A stretch of DNA of 64,000 nt, from NCBI GenBank assembly GCA_001724265.1, contig MEDY01000121.1, positions 1 through 64,000 on the forward strand, given 5' to 3'. Below, piece after piece: positions 51,601 to 63,800 of this stretch (its first letter is position 1; every line of letters begins with the position of its first letter). Origin of the DNA: Rhizaria sp. SCN 62-66 (lineage: Eukaryota). The position numbers and the translations under genes were made by a program. Under the pieces are notes generated by a model that saw only the letters and a list, made by a program, of their open reading frames with translations, was not told where the DNA came from and did no database searches.

Positions 51601-54600
51601 TACGGCGGCTACCTGGCCCCGCCCGGCAAGGCGCAGGCGCGCGGGCGTGGCCTAACTTCCAACGCCCCCAGCGCCAGCGCGAACAACAACAGCAACAGCA
51701 GCGGCAACGGCGCGAACGCTGCCGCTGATCCCGCTGCCGCTGCCGCTGCGGCCGCCGCTGCTGCCGCCGCCGCCGCGGCCGCCGCTGCTGCCCAGAGCAA
51801 TGCGGACAAGACCGACGCCGACGCCGCCGCGGCCGCCATGGCCGCCGCCTCCGCCGCGGCCGCCGCAGCCGCAGCCGCAGCCGCAGCCTCCGCGGCCTCT
51901 GCCCCGTCCCAGTCCCAGTCCCAGTCCCAGTCCCAGCAGTCTCAGCAGGCGCAGGCGCAGGCGCAGTCGTCGCTGGGGCTGGTCCAGGGCCTGCAGGGGC
52001 TGCACCTGGCGCTGGCCGGTCCCGGTGTTAGCGCCCATGCGCCGCACCTCGCGTCCATGGCCGCCGCCGCGGCGGCCGAGGTCTCGGGCATTGCGGCCCT
52101 CGCGGCGTCCTACGGCCAGTCCGTCCCCGCCGCGGTCGCCGCTGGCGCCGGCGCCGCCGGCACCGCGAGCACCGCTGTGACGACCGTCACGGCTGGTACT
52201 GCCTCCGCTGCCTCTGCTGCTGGGTCTTCGCCGTACACGGTGGGCGGGCTGAATGTCAGTCTGGAGAACTCGCACCCGATGTTCTACACGCTCGCGCCCG
52301 ACTTCCTCGTCCAGGAGTACCTCTTGCGCCAGGCCCGCCTCCAGGAGGCGCAGAACCTTGTACGTCGCACTTTCAACCACAGGCTATTTCTTTGATGGAT
52401 TGCGTATTTTATCTTAAGTGGTGTTCATGATATTGTGTTAACCTACAATTTTGTAATATTATTCAGTTTCCTGCAGTTAGGTTATTTTATCTTGTTTGAA
52501 CTCTTAACTCACTCGTGTCCGTGTTCTGTCTCTACTCAATGTTTTTTTCTCTCTTTCTTTTTCAGGCCGCGATGAACGCCGCGGCAGCCGTGGCCAACTC
52601 AAACGCCAGCGCGGGCAACAACTCGAACAGCAACAGCAACAGCAACGGCGCTGGTGCCGGCAGCAACGCTGGCGGCAACAACGCGGGCGCAGGCGGCAAC
52701 GCCGGCGGAAACACCGGCGGCGGCGGCGGCGGCAACAACGCCGCGCTCTCCCGCCGCCCCGGCGCCAAGCCCTCTGCGGCGGCGGGCAGCGGCGGCGCGT
52801 TGGGCGGCGGCATGGGCGGGCTAGGGCTGGGCGAGGAGGCGCGGCGGCTCGAGGCCGAGGAGCGCGCGCGCCTGGCCGAGATCGCACGCCTCGAGCTGCT
52901 ATCGGAGCTAGACGCCGAGGAGGAGGGCGGCCGCAAGGGCAAGGGCGGCAAGGGCAAGCGCAAGGGCGGACATGGCAACCAGAGCCACAACGAGGCTGCC
53001 TACGTCGCGCCTGCTGTCGAGCTTACTGCGCAGGAGAAGAAGGCCGCCACCGCCGCGGCCGCTGCGGCCACCGCTGAGCGCGCCAAGGCCGAGGCCGCGG
53101 CTAAGGAGGCGGCGGCGGCGGTGCGCGCGCAGCAGCAGGCGGCGGCCGCCAAGGCCAAGGCTGAGGCCGAGGCCGCCGCCAAGGCCAAGGCGGAGGCCGA
53201 GGCTAAGAAGAAGGCGGCGGCCGAGGAGGAGCTCAAGAAGCGGCAGGAGCAGCAGCGCGCGGCTGCGGCCAAGGCTAAGGCCGAGGCCGAGGCTTTGGCG
53301 CGCGCTCGGGCAGAGGAGGACGCGAAGCGGCGCGCCGAGGCCGAGGCGCGGCGCGCGGCTGAGGACAAAAAGCGGGCCGAGGAGGCGGCGGCCAAGAAGG
53401 CCAAGGCTGAGGCTGAGGCCGCGGCCAAGGCCGAGGAGACGGCGCGCAAGAAGAAGAAGGCCGAGGAGGAGGCGGCCGCGGCCGCGGCCAAGAAGGCTGA
53501 GGAGGACGCCGTCAAGAAGCGCCGCAAGGTCGAGGAGGAGGCTGCGGCCGCCGCCAAGAAGGCCGCCGCCGCGACCGCAGCCGTCGAGGCTAAGGCCAAG
53601 GCTGAGGCGGCGGCCGCCGCCGCCGCTGCTGCTGCCGCGCCCGCCGCTGCCCCCGTCTGGGCCAAGATCGCCGCAGGCACCGCAGTCCCCGTCTCTATCC
53701 CCGCCCCCGCTGCCGCTGCCTCCGCCTCTGCTACAACGGCTGCCCTAGTTGCGCCTCTGGCCACCAAGTCGAGCAAGGCCACGAAGCCCGCCGACTCCGC
53801 CTCTGCCTCTGCCGCTGTCTCCGGCGCGGCCTCTGGCTCTGGTTCCGGGGCCAGCAGCGGCTCCGTCTCGGCCGCGCCGTCGCCGCCGCCCACACAGGCC
53901 TCGACCGCCGCCGCCACTGCCTCTGCTACTGCCACGAACACTGGCGCTGGCACTGGCTCTGGCACTCCGAGTAAGAAGGCTGCTGGCCCGGCTCCCGAGC
54001 CCGAGTCTGCTGATGCTGATGCTGAGTCATCTGCCAACACCGAGCCCGCCTCAACCAACGCCAACGCTGACTCTAGCTCGAGCTCTCGCTCCGGCTCTGG
54101 CTCGAGCGCTGGCGCTGCCGTCGACGCCGTCACCGGCGCCGCGGCTACCGCGTCGATGGACGAGCGCCTGGAGGCGGTTCTCTCGCAGAACGCGCTGCTG
54201 CGGCAGCTGGCTGACAGCCTCGAGCGCAAGGTTCGGCAGCTCGAGGACCAGCTCGTCTGGGAGCGCCATTACCGCGAGGCCGCTGCGCTCAACAGCAACA
54301 ACAGCAACAACAACAACGGCACTGGCGCGGGCTCTGCCTCGGGCGCCGGCACTGACTCTTCTGCTCCAGGTTCTGCCGTCGGCTCTGGCTCTAGCGCCTC
54401 TGCTGCCGGCGCCGTTTCAGTCGGCTCCGGCTCCGGCGCTGGCGCTGGATCTGGTGCCGCAAGCTCTGTGTCGGCGGTCGGCGACGGCCTCGGTGGCCTC
54501 GGCCTCAGCAGCCTCGGCCTCGGCGTCGGCGTCGGCGGTGGAATGGGCAGCATCGGCTTCGACCGGCTCGACGACATGCTTGGCGGTAGTAGCGGGGTCG

Positions 54601-56510
54601 CCAACGCTGGCAACGTTGCCCACGGTCACAGCGGTCCCCACGGCCTTCAGGGAGGCCCCGTCGGTCCCCACGGCCACATGGGCGTCGGCGACTCTCGCGG
54701 CGGCCATCCCGCTCACGGTCACCCCGCTCACGGTCACTCTGCCCACGGTCACCCCCACGCGCCCCCGATGCACCCTGCCCACGTTCACTCGGGCCTGAGC
54801 CTGAACCTCGGCGGCGTCGGCGTCCACGGCCACAACCACATGCACGGTCCCCACGGCCACGGCCTCCACCCCGGCATGCACGGCGGCCACCTGCAACAGC
54901 AGCAACAGCAGCAGCAGCAGCAGCAGCCCCACCACATGCTGCCCCCGCAGCACGGCGGCCCTCACGGCCACGGCCCCCACGGCCACGGCCCCCACGGCCA
55001 CGGCGGAATGCTTGGCATGGGCAGCCTCGGCATGGGCGGCTGGGAGGGTCTCTCAGACGCCAACGACAACGGCCCCGGCGGCAACTCCGGCTCGGCCGCC
55101 GGCAACAACACGGGCAGCGGCAGCGGCAGCGGCAGCGGCAGCGGCAGCGCGCCCGGCGTGGTGTCGCCGTCCAACTCTGCCGCCGGCGCCGGCTCCAGCG
55201 TGGCCGCCGCTGCCCGTCGCCCCTCGCTGCCCCCGTCGGCCGCCGGACCGGTCTCGGCCACCGGCGGCGGCGGCGGCGGCAGCGGCGGCAGCGGCTCGGA
55301 TTCGGTGGCTCTCAGCAACCTCGGCCTGGGCTCTCTCAGCCTCGGCCTCGGCCCCGCCCTCGGCTCCAGCGCCGCCTCCACCGGCCTCAGCGGCCCCAGT
55401 GGGCTGACAGGTCCCGGCGGCCTGACTGGCCTCGGCCTCGGCCCCTCTGGCCTGGGTGGCCCCGCCGGCCTCGGCGCCACCGGCCTCGGCACCAGCACCC
55501 TGGGCCTCGGCAGCGGCGTCGGCGTCGGCGTCGGCGGCGGCATCGGCGGCCTCGGCAGCGCTGCCAACCCAGGCTTCGGCATCGGCCTCCGCGCTTCGGC
55601 CTTCGGGCTCGACTTTTTCGGTCCCACTGGCGCCATCACCGGCGGCTCCTCCGCGGGCAACAGCAGCGGCGGCGAGTTCGTGTTGGGCTCCCACGCACTG
55701 CCCCCCATGGGCGCCTCTACCGGCGGCCCCCACGGCCCCCACGGGTCTCACGGTACTCATGGTGGCCACGGTCACTCGTGGGCGCTGCTCGACCCCACGC
55801 ATGCCGCCGCCGCCGCCGGCGCGGCCGCGGCCTCTGGCGGCAGCGGCTCCGGCCTGCTCGGCCCCAACAGTGGCAGCGGCAGCGGCATGATGGATAACAA
55901 CGCCCGGTCGCAGTCGATGAACATGCGTCCCCCCAGCAGCGGCAACAACAACGGGCCCAACAGCGGGCGCGGGTCTTTCTCCGGCTCCGGCTCCAACAGC
56001 AACAACAGCAACAGCAGCGGTGCCGGCAACAACGGGAGCTTCGTCCTGGGCGGCGGCGGCGGCAATAACGGCCCCTACGGCGGCAACGGCGCGCTGCCGA
56101 TGCAGATGCCGCCGATGACCGTCTCCATGAGCGGCAACATGGGCAACAACAGCGGCGGCCAGGGCGGGATGATGCCCCACCCGCTTGCGCACGGCCACAG
56201 CGGCCACGGCGGCCACGGCGGCCCGCACAGCATGCACATGCAGCAACAGCAGGGGCAGCGCGGCAACAACATGATGATGTCTGGCCCCCACGGCCCCCTT
56301 AACGGCCCCCACAGCGGCGGTATGATGCACCCTCAGCAGCAGCAGCAGCAGCAGCAGGGCCAGCAGGGTCCGATGGGTGGCGACGGCAACATGATGATGT
56401 GGAGTAACAACAACGGTAGCAACAACAGTGTCAACAACAACAACAACGGCAACTTTGCCCAGGGACAGCAGCAGCAGCAGCAGGGCCAGGGGAAGCCTGG
56501 TCGCCGCTAA
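45624..56510 (+). CDS. MATH/TRAF-domain protein with USP7-type UBL motifs, an ARM-like insert, a coiled coil and a low-complexity tail; no USP catalytic domain seen (~3,450 aa)
   Basis: Exons 45624-46107, 46418-52359 and 52566-56510. MATH motifs AGYKWRVFCFPKGNGCDYLSVFLE and HRFSCRENDRGFNRFVPL. USP7 C-terminal-like motifs LGVPPRRQQFWHLTLRENGTVRP, LLLIKYFDVPTQRLRLLG and FEEE..GLCSGDVVVVQ; stop TAA. Confidence 0.8.
51127..51265 (+). repeat. (GACAAGAAG)n Asp-Lys-Lys repeat followed by (TCTAGC)n polySer
   Basis: Imperfect 9-mer tandem, then hexamer tandem, inside the MATH gene. Confidence 0.85.
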
Positions 56511-56543
56511 GCGCCTTGCCGTCTAAGCACCTTGCCGTCTAAG
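56508..56543 (+). repeat. 16-nt tandem repeat TAAGCRCCTTGCCGTC starting at the MATH gene stop codon
   Basis: taagcgccttgccgtc taagcaccttgccgtc taag. Confidence 0.85.
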
Positions 56544-57023
56544 TAGCTTGTTGTCGAAGTACCACTTCCAGCTTGTCACGTCAAGCTGTTGTTTGCTCGC
56601 TAAGATGCATTGCTCTCGGCTGTAGTTCCTCTTGCTGTCGATATAGAAGTGTCTCGTCCCTTTGTTGTTCTAACATCGGCGAGCAACACCGACTCTTCCA
56701 ACACACACGCACATACGCACGCACACAAAGAGACACACATTGCCTTTGATATACGTGTTTCATGCCATTTATTTGATATGACGAACGATCATATCCCTCA
56801 CATAGTCCAGCTAAATATTGCGCACGCTCAGTTCACTGCGCGCGCTATCTTTCACCTTGTCTACACTACGTTTGTTTTCTGTTTCACGTTTTGTTTTCAC
56901 CTTTCCCCGTGACTGTCAAGAAATACGCAGTCTTGGGGCTTTCATGGAGGACATTCGCTCCTCTAATTTACTTTACTACATCAAACACGTAGTAAATGAC
57001 CGAGTATTTTAAGTAACATGACC

Positions 57024-57090
57024 TTTTTTTTTTTCTTTCGCTTTTTTTGGCTTTTTTTTTTTCTTTTTTTTTTCTTTTTTCTTTTTTCTT
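57024..57090. repeat. Interrupted poly-T tract, intergenic or 3' UTR
   Basis: Read directly. Confidence 0.85.
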
Positions 57091-58119
57091 GACCACGCTT
57101 TCAGGGGGGCAACTCCGAAACAATTTGTGACATGCATTTCAATACATCATTCCATGCTTGTTGGTCAAAACGATTCTCGCTTTATCCGCAATATAGCATC
57201 ACGCATTGCTGTAACTAGCTTTGAGGGCGGCGCTTTTGATTGAGACGCTCTTGCTGACAAGATTCATCAAGTGTTTTTGCCCAGCATATCTCAAATCTAG
57301 TTTAATGTGATCTATATGCTGATGTGATTGTTCATGCGAAGCAATACTGTCCGTCGTTCGAGCACACCTTAGCTAGACCAACTTTAAGCATTTTTAAGTT
57401 GTCCTCACACCCTTCCCTACTGACGCACATTAACGATAAAAGCTCGGAGCAGCACAGCGCACTTATATCATATTAAGCGTATCACCAACTGATGTCGTAC
57501 ACTTTGTTTGTGTGTTCGCTTTTAATGTCAATGCTTATAACGCTGCTCTTGTTCCGCATAACACTTCAGTTTATGCGGTGACAACTGACTCGATCTACTA
57601 ATAAGATCTTGCTTGACGCAAGAATAACAACGTGTTCTAAATAACATGCTAGATATTCAACAATATACCAAAAAATCAAGATGAGATATTGTAGTTGTAG
57701 TCATTTGAGGCGAAAGATGCACGGTGTGCGCACCAGTTACTCGTTCCTGGCTGCCACCCAACGGCCATGACCGCAGCGATGACGGACCGGGCAATTGCAC
57801 TCTCGCCCTTGAAGAGCGCGTCGGCGCGAGTGGTCGGCACGCATTCTGGCGCCACAGAGCTTTATATCGGTTACTAATGACATTTTTTTACACGTGCACT
57901 TTTTATTTATAGATTGATTTCACCACCATGTGCGTTCTATCACCTTTGCGCAGACTCCCAAATTCGCTAATTTTCCTGTCCGCATACTTCCTTCTCTTCT
58001 CTTCTGCACCAGACCTTCATCTTCACTTTTCTATCTGCAAGTCAGAGCACAAGACATAGCTTTGAGTTTCATTGAGAAAACCGCACTTATTTTCTTCCAA
58101 GTCGGCTCTCTCGGCCACC

Positions 58120-60798
58120 ATGTCCACCCCTCTGTACCTCGGGACGGGCGTGGGCGCACCCTCCGGCCCTAACAACGCAGCCGCAACGCCGGCCCCTGCG
58201 GCCGATGCTGACTCCGCCCTCAACACCAGCACCACCAACGAGGTCGACGCGCTCCTCGCCTCTCTCTCTCCCCAGGGCTCGGTGACCGCGCAGAAGCCCA
58301 TGAGCCTTAGCAGTACCGCCGCAACTACTGCCGCAGCATCTGCCTTTTCCTCTGCCTCCGCGATTGCTACCGCCCCCGCCCCCGCGCCCGCCAAGAGCGG
58401 CGCCCTCGACTGCGATGCCGAAGACACGGCTTATACCCTGCTCACGGCCTCCTCTGCCTCCGCGGACGCGTCCTCGGTGCACATGCCCGCGAACGGCGAC
58501 TACTCGCTGGTGCTGACGGAGCGCCGCCCCGGGCTCACGGCCGCGGCCGCCCTGCGCTTCGTCGGCCACGGCGCGCCCGCGCTGTCGCGGCCCGTGCGCG
58601 CGCCTGCGGCCTCGTTCTCCTCCAAGAAGGAATACGCGCACGCACGCCGCGCGGAGCGGCAGTTGGCGGCCGTCAACGACGCGCAGACGCGCGCCGCCGC
58701 GCTTAAGGGGCTCTGCAAGCTCGCGCGCACCACGGCCAAGGCCGCGTTCGCCCGCCTCTCCCGTAGTAACAACAGCAGCGCGGGTGTCATCACCACTGCT
58801 AACGCGAGCCCGAGTGGCACCGCTGCGCGCGACACGCCTTCAAGCGACGCGTCGTCGTCCTCATCATCATCATCATTATCGTCGTCGTCGTCATCGTCAT
58901 CGCAGTCTGCTGCTGTGGCACTGCCGGCGGACGCGATCGCGGCTATCTACGCCGAGACGCACCGGCTCCGCGGCGAGGGCCTGCTGCCGCGGCCGGTGTG
59001 GGCTTACGGCGCGCCGTACCCTGCGGTGCAGGCGCTGGTGACGATGCACCCGCCGCCGCGCGTGCTGCCCGTCGGGGTAAGTGGCGACCCGCCGGGGTAC
59101 TTACACTGTCTCGACCCCGTCGCCGCGATCGTCACCAACGCGGCGGCGCTCGCGCCCGCGGTCACGGCTGCGCTCAACAGCCAGCAAAACACTGCTACGG
59201 TCAGCAACAGCAACAGCAGCAGCAGCAGCACCACCACCGCGATTGCCAGCAATGATACCGACGCGGCTGTGGATGAGTCTGCCACCGCTCTTGTCCCCGC
59301 CGGTAGTAATGCCCTGAGCGCTTCCACTGGCACCGGCGTGAGCGTGTCCGACTGGCTTTACGCGCTGCCCACCCAGCTCAAGTTCAAGGTCGGCGTCGAA
59401 ACCTGCCGCTACTCGGTCGTGTGGACCGCGCTCCAGAACGCCGGGCTCAGCGAGACGGCCGCCACGGACTGGGCGTTGCGCTGGGGCCGATTCCTCTCCC
59501 AGGACGAGGCCAAGGCCTTTGCGCGCTCCCAACGCATGAACCACTTTCCCGGTACGCTTACTCAATAACTACTAAAAATGTGGTGATATCTCTGTAGTGT
59601 TGATATTCCACCGAATTAATCTGCGTTATTCTGACAATCTGACAATTATTTTGCATTTTATACCGAACATTTATTCTCGATGTTGAATGTCGTTATGGCA
59701 TCTAAACTCACATGTTCATCGACTTGTGTGTTTGTGTATCCCCCAAGGCATCTGGGCTTTGGGCCGCAAGGACATGCTGGTCAAGACCATCGCCCGCGCC
59801 CGCCGCACCCTCGGAAGCGACTACTTCCCTTACTTGCCCGAGACCTACACTTTACCGGCCGACGCATCGCTGCTGGAGGCCCGCATGGCCGACGCCGCGC
59901 GCTCCGCCGCACTCACACACTCTAACTCTACCAGCAGCGGCAACGGCAGCAACGGCGTGCTGGTAGGCGGGGGCGTGACGTGCCCCGAGGCTGCGCTGCC
60001 GTTGTGGATTGCGAAGCCCGCGTCGTCGTCGTGCGGCCGCGGCATCCGTGTCGTGACCAAGTTTGCTGAAGTTGACCCCTCGCGGCTCAAGGCGCCCAAG
60101 GCCTCGGCCGCCGCCGCCGCCGCCGCCGCGCTGGCCGTGGCCGCGGACGGTGGCAGCGAGGCAGAGGCCGCCGCGGCGGGCACGGCGGCAGCTGCGGCGG
60201 CCGTGGCGGCGGCGCGTGGCAAGAAGATGGTTGTGTCGCGGTACATCGCTAACCCCTACCTCATCGGCGGCAAGAAGTTCGACATGCGCATTTACGTCTT
60301 CATTTCCTCGTTTTCTCCGCTCAAGGTCTACCTCTACGGCGAGGGGCTTGCTCGGTACGTATCACATGTAACATCGTTGCAAGAAGCAATGTTTACATGC
60401 AATTCATGTATATTCGTGTCACTGCACTTGATTTAGCAGTGCATTCTCTTTATGGGAACTGGTTACTCACGCTTTTGATATTCTATTTGTTTGTTTTCTT
60501 TGCGCCATTTCAGCTTTTGCACGATGCCATACTCTGCGTCGGCGGACAAAGACTCCCGCTCCGCGCGCTTTGCGCACCTGACCAACTTCAGCGTCAACAA
60601 GAAGAACGCCGCGTTCGTCAAGAACCAGGACCAGGACAAGGCCGACGACGACGCCGACAGCAAGGACGCCGACGCGGAGGGAGAGGCCGACGCCGAGGTG
60701 GCGGCCGCGGTCGCCGCAGCGGTGACCAAGAGCGGCAAGGGGGGCGCGGCTGCCGGCAAGAAGGCCAAGAAGGCGGGTGCGTTCGCTGCGGACGACCG

Positions 60799-60846
<48 letters not shown>

Positions 60847-63800
60847 CGACGATGATGATGACAGCAACAACAACGAAGAGGGCGACAACCTTGAGGAAAG
60901 CACCGACGGCACGATGACAACGACCGCTGGAAACACTACCGCTGCTGCTGCCGCGGCTGCCAGTGCCAATACGGATGTCTTCACCGGCGGATTGGCACCG
61001 GGCGCTGGTGTCAGGGGCAAGGTCGGCGTATGGGGAGACCTGTACCCTGGTACGTGTTTGACTCTAGATTTATTGTCGCAATACGACACAGTTAACTAAA
61101 TATAGACGAAATGTATCCGAGGTATTGCCATATCACGCAACGTTACGTTATTCACGATCGACTTGATGAAAACGGTTTGCTTATCTCTGCTCACTCTTCT
61201 GCTTTTTCGTCTCTTTTGTCCTGCCATATTCACGCCCAGGCCGCCTGCGCTCCGGCCCCGACCCAGACCCCCGCGGCCTCTCCCCCAACAGCAGCAGCAG
61301 CAGTCATCGCCGCAGTGGCACTAGCTGCTCCCACCACTCCACAGCCGGCCTCTCGAAGCGCCGGTCCAACGCGACCCACAGCAACGCGTACAGCAACTAC
61401 TCGGACGACAACTGCGGCGACTGCAGCAGCGGGAGTCTGCTCTCGGACGAGTCAGACTCGGACTACAACAGCAACGCTAACCCCTACACCGCGGCCACTG
61501 CCAACGCCACGGCTTCTGCGGGTGTGACCCACGGCCGCCGCTCAGCCGGCAACGCCGCCGCCACTGCTGCTGCTGCGGCGGCGGCGGCGGCGAGCGACGT
61601 CCCCGCCGACAAGGCCGCCGCGGCGGCGGCCGCGCTGTCGTCGCTTAAGGGCCTCGACTCGTCCAAGTGGCCGCTGACGGCGCTGAAGCAGTACTTCGCA
61701 CAGGTCGAGGGCGCCACGGCCACGCGGCGGCTCTTCGCGCGGGTTAACGACCTGCTGCTGCGGACGGTGATCGCGTGCGAGGACGAGGTGGCGTCGCTGT
61801 CACTGCGCCGCGGCGTGCAGCCCGATCAGAGCTTCGAGCTGCTGGGTTTCGACGTTATGATCGACTCGAACCTGACGCCGTGGCTCATCGAGGTCAACAT
61901 TGGGCCCTCGCTGTCGGCGTCGTCGCCGCTGGACAAGCGCATCAAGACGGCGCTTCTGCGAGACGTGTTCAACCTTGTCGGCGTGCCCGTCGGCGGCGAC
62001 GGCTCCGGACGCAACGCGCCCCCCGACTTCGCGGCCGCCGCGGCCGCGGCGACGGCGCAGGCCAACAGGGACGCTGTCGCCATCAAGCGACTCAGGCTCG
62101 CAGAGTCCAAGGGGACCAACTTCTACAGCGCCGTCAGTACCAACGCTCCCATCAACGCTGGCGCTGGCGCTGGCGCTGGCTCTGCAGGCGCTGGCAGCGG
62201 CAAGCGCGGCACCTGGGGTTCCGCTGCCAAATCCTCCAACACCGCCCTTGCTAACGCCGCCGGCGCGGGCGGCGCTGGCGCTGGCTCCCGCGCCGCCGCT
62301 GCTGCTGGCGGTGGCGCGGGTACGGTTGCGGTCGGCGCGGGCAAGGCCGGGCCCAGGGGCGAGGTGGGGGCCGTGGCGGCGGCGGTGGCCGCGCTCGAGT
62401 TCACGCCCAACGACCTCACGCTCATTCGACAGGTACGCGTTGAGCTTGAAGCAAAACGCGAACAACTTGAATCAATTCTATTTTTAAATGCTGTAAACCG
62501 TGCTTGCTGCATACTTTATTAAACGTTCTATCACCACTCGCACTCATCTTCACTTCCACATAATCTCTTGTTTCTTTTTCGTCTCTGTTTCTTCTTTACT
62601 TCACGTCTCGCTCTCCCCCGCCCAGGTCGAGTTCGAGCACCTGCGCCGCGGCGCCTTCATGCGTCTCTTCCCGCACCCGGCGACGCACCGCCACTACGCG
62701 CAGTTCCTGTCGCCGCGCCGCCGCAGCAACCACGTGCTGCTGCGCTTCGCCCAGCTGCCGCTGCCCTCGGCGCTCGACCTGCTGGGCCCGCCCAGTGCCG
62801 AGTACTCCGACGCGGGGCTGCTGCTGACCTCATCGCTCCACAGCCACGCCAGCCACTTCACTGGCGGCTCAGCACAGGCGCAGCAAGCGTGTGCGAGTGC
62901 GAGCGCGGGCGCGGGCGCAGGTATGATTACGACGGTCAGTGTAGCCGCGGTAGTGACTGCGCGCGCGGCCTCGGCTGCGGCCCGCCGTGCTCGCAGCGCC
63001 AACCTCAACAACAACAGTGGCCCTGGCGCTGGCGCTGGCGCTGGCGCTGGTAACGCTGCTGCTGCCACTGCTGCTGCAGCTGCCGTGCCTGCGGGGGCGA
63101 GAGACTCCGTCTTGCTCGCACTCTCGCGCAACAATAACGCCAACAACACTGCAGCTAATACCAACAGCAATGGCTACTACACGAGCGCGAACCCGTACAA
63201 CAGCAACAACAACAGCAGCAGCAGCGGCAGCGGCAGCAACGCCGCCAACAGCGCGGGCGACGATAGTAATGGCGGCAACAACACCGGCAGCGACGCCGAC
63301 GCCACTAGTCCGACCGTGGCCGCGGTGAACCATGCAGCGGACTCGACGGCGGCTGCTGCTGCTGCTGCGACACCGCCGACGACGGGCCCCTACGGCAGCG
63401 GCGGCATCAGCCTGACCGGCGGTACCATGGGCAGCTCGATCAGCTCCGGCTACACACTGCGCTCGCGGCCGCCGTCCTCGTCCTCGTACTACAACAACGG
63501 CAACCGCGGCGTCGGGGGCAGTAGTCACGCTGGGCTGGGACTGGGGCTGGCCCACGGTCACGCTCACGGTCACTTTGCTGCCCACGGTCACCCCGCGTCC
63601 CGCGGCTCGGGCGCTATGGCCATGGCCGGCGCTGGCGCTGGCGCCGCGGCCGGGGCGGGGTGGTCTCGGCTGGCCGGCTCCGGCTCAGCCGCCGGCTCTC
63701 GGCCCGGGTCCCGCGGACTGGTCGCAATGGGCTCCGCCAACGCCAACGGCCTCGGCCTCGGACTAGGGGGCGTCAACATCGGCTACGGGCTCGGGCTCGA

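Noticed and set aside
57098-57120. Short GCAA-loop hairpin next to the poly-T tract, resembling an intrinsic terminator
   Set aside because: The context is eukaryotic, the stem is weak and imperfect, and the T tract precedes rather than follows it on the + strand.
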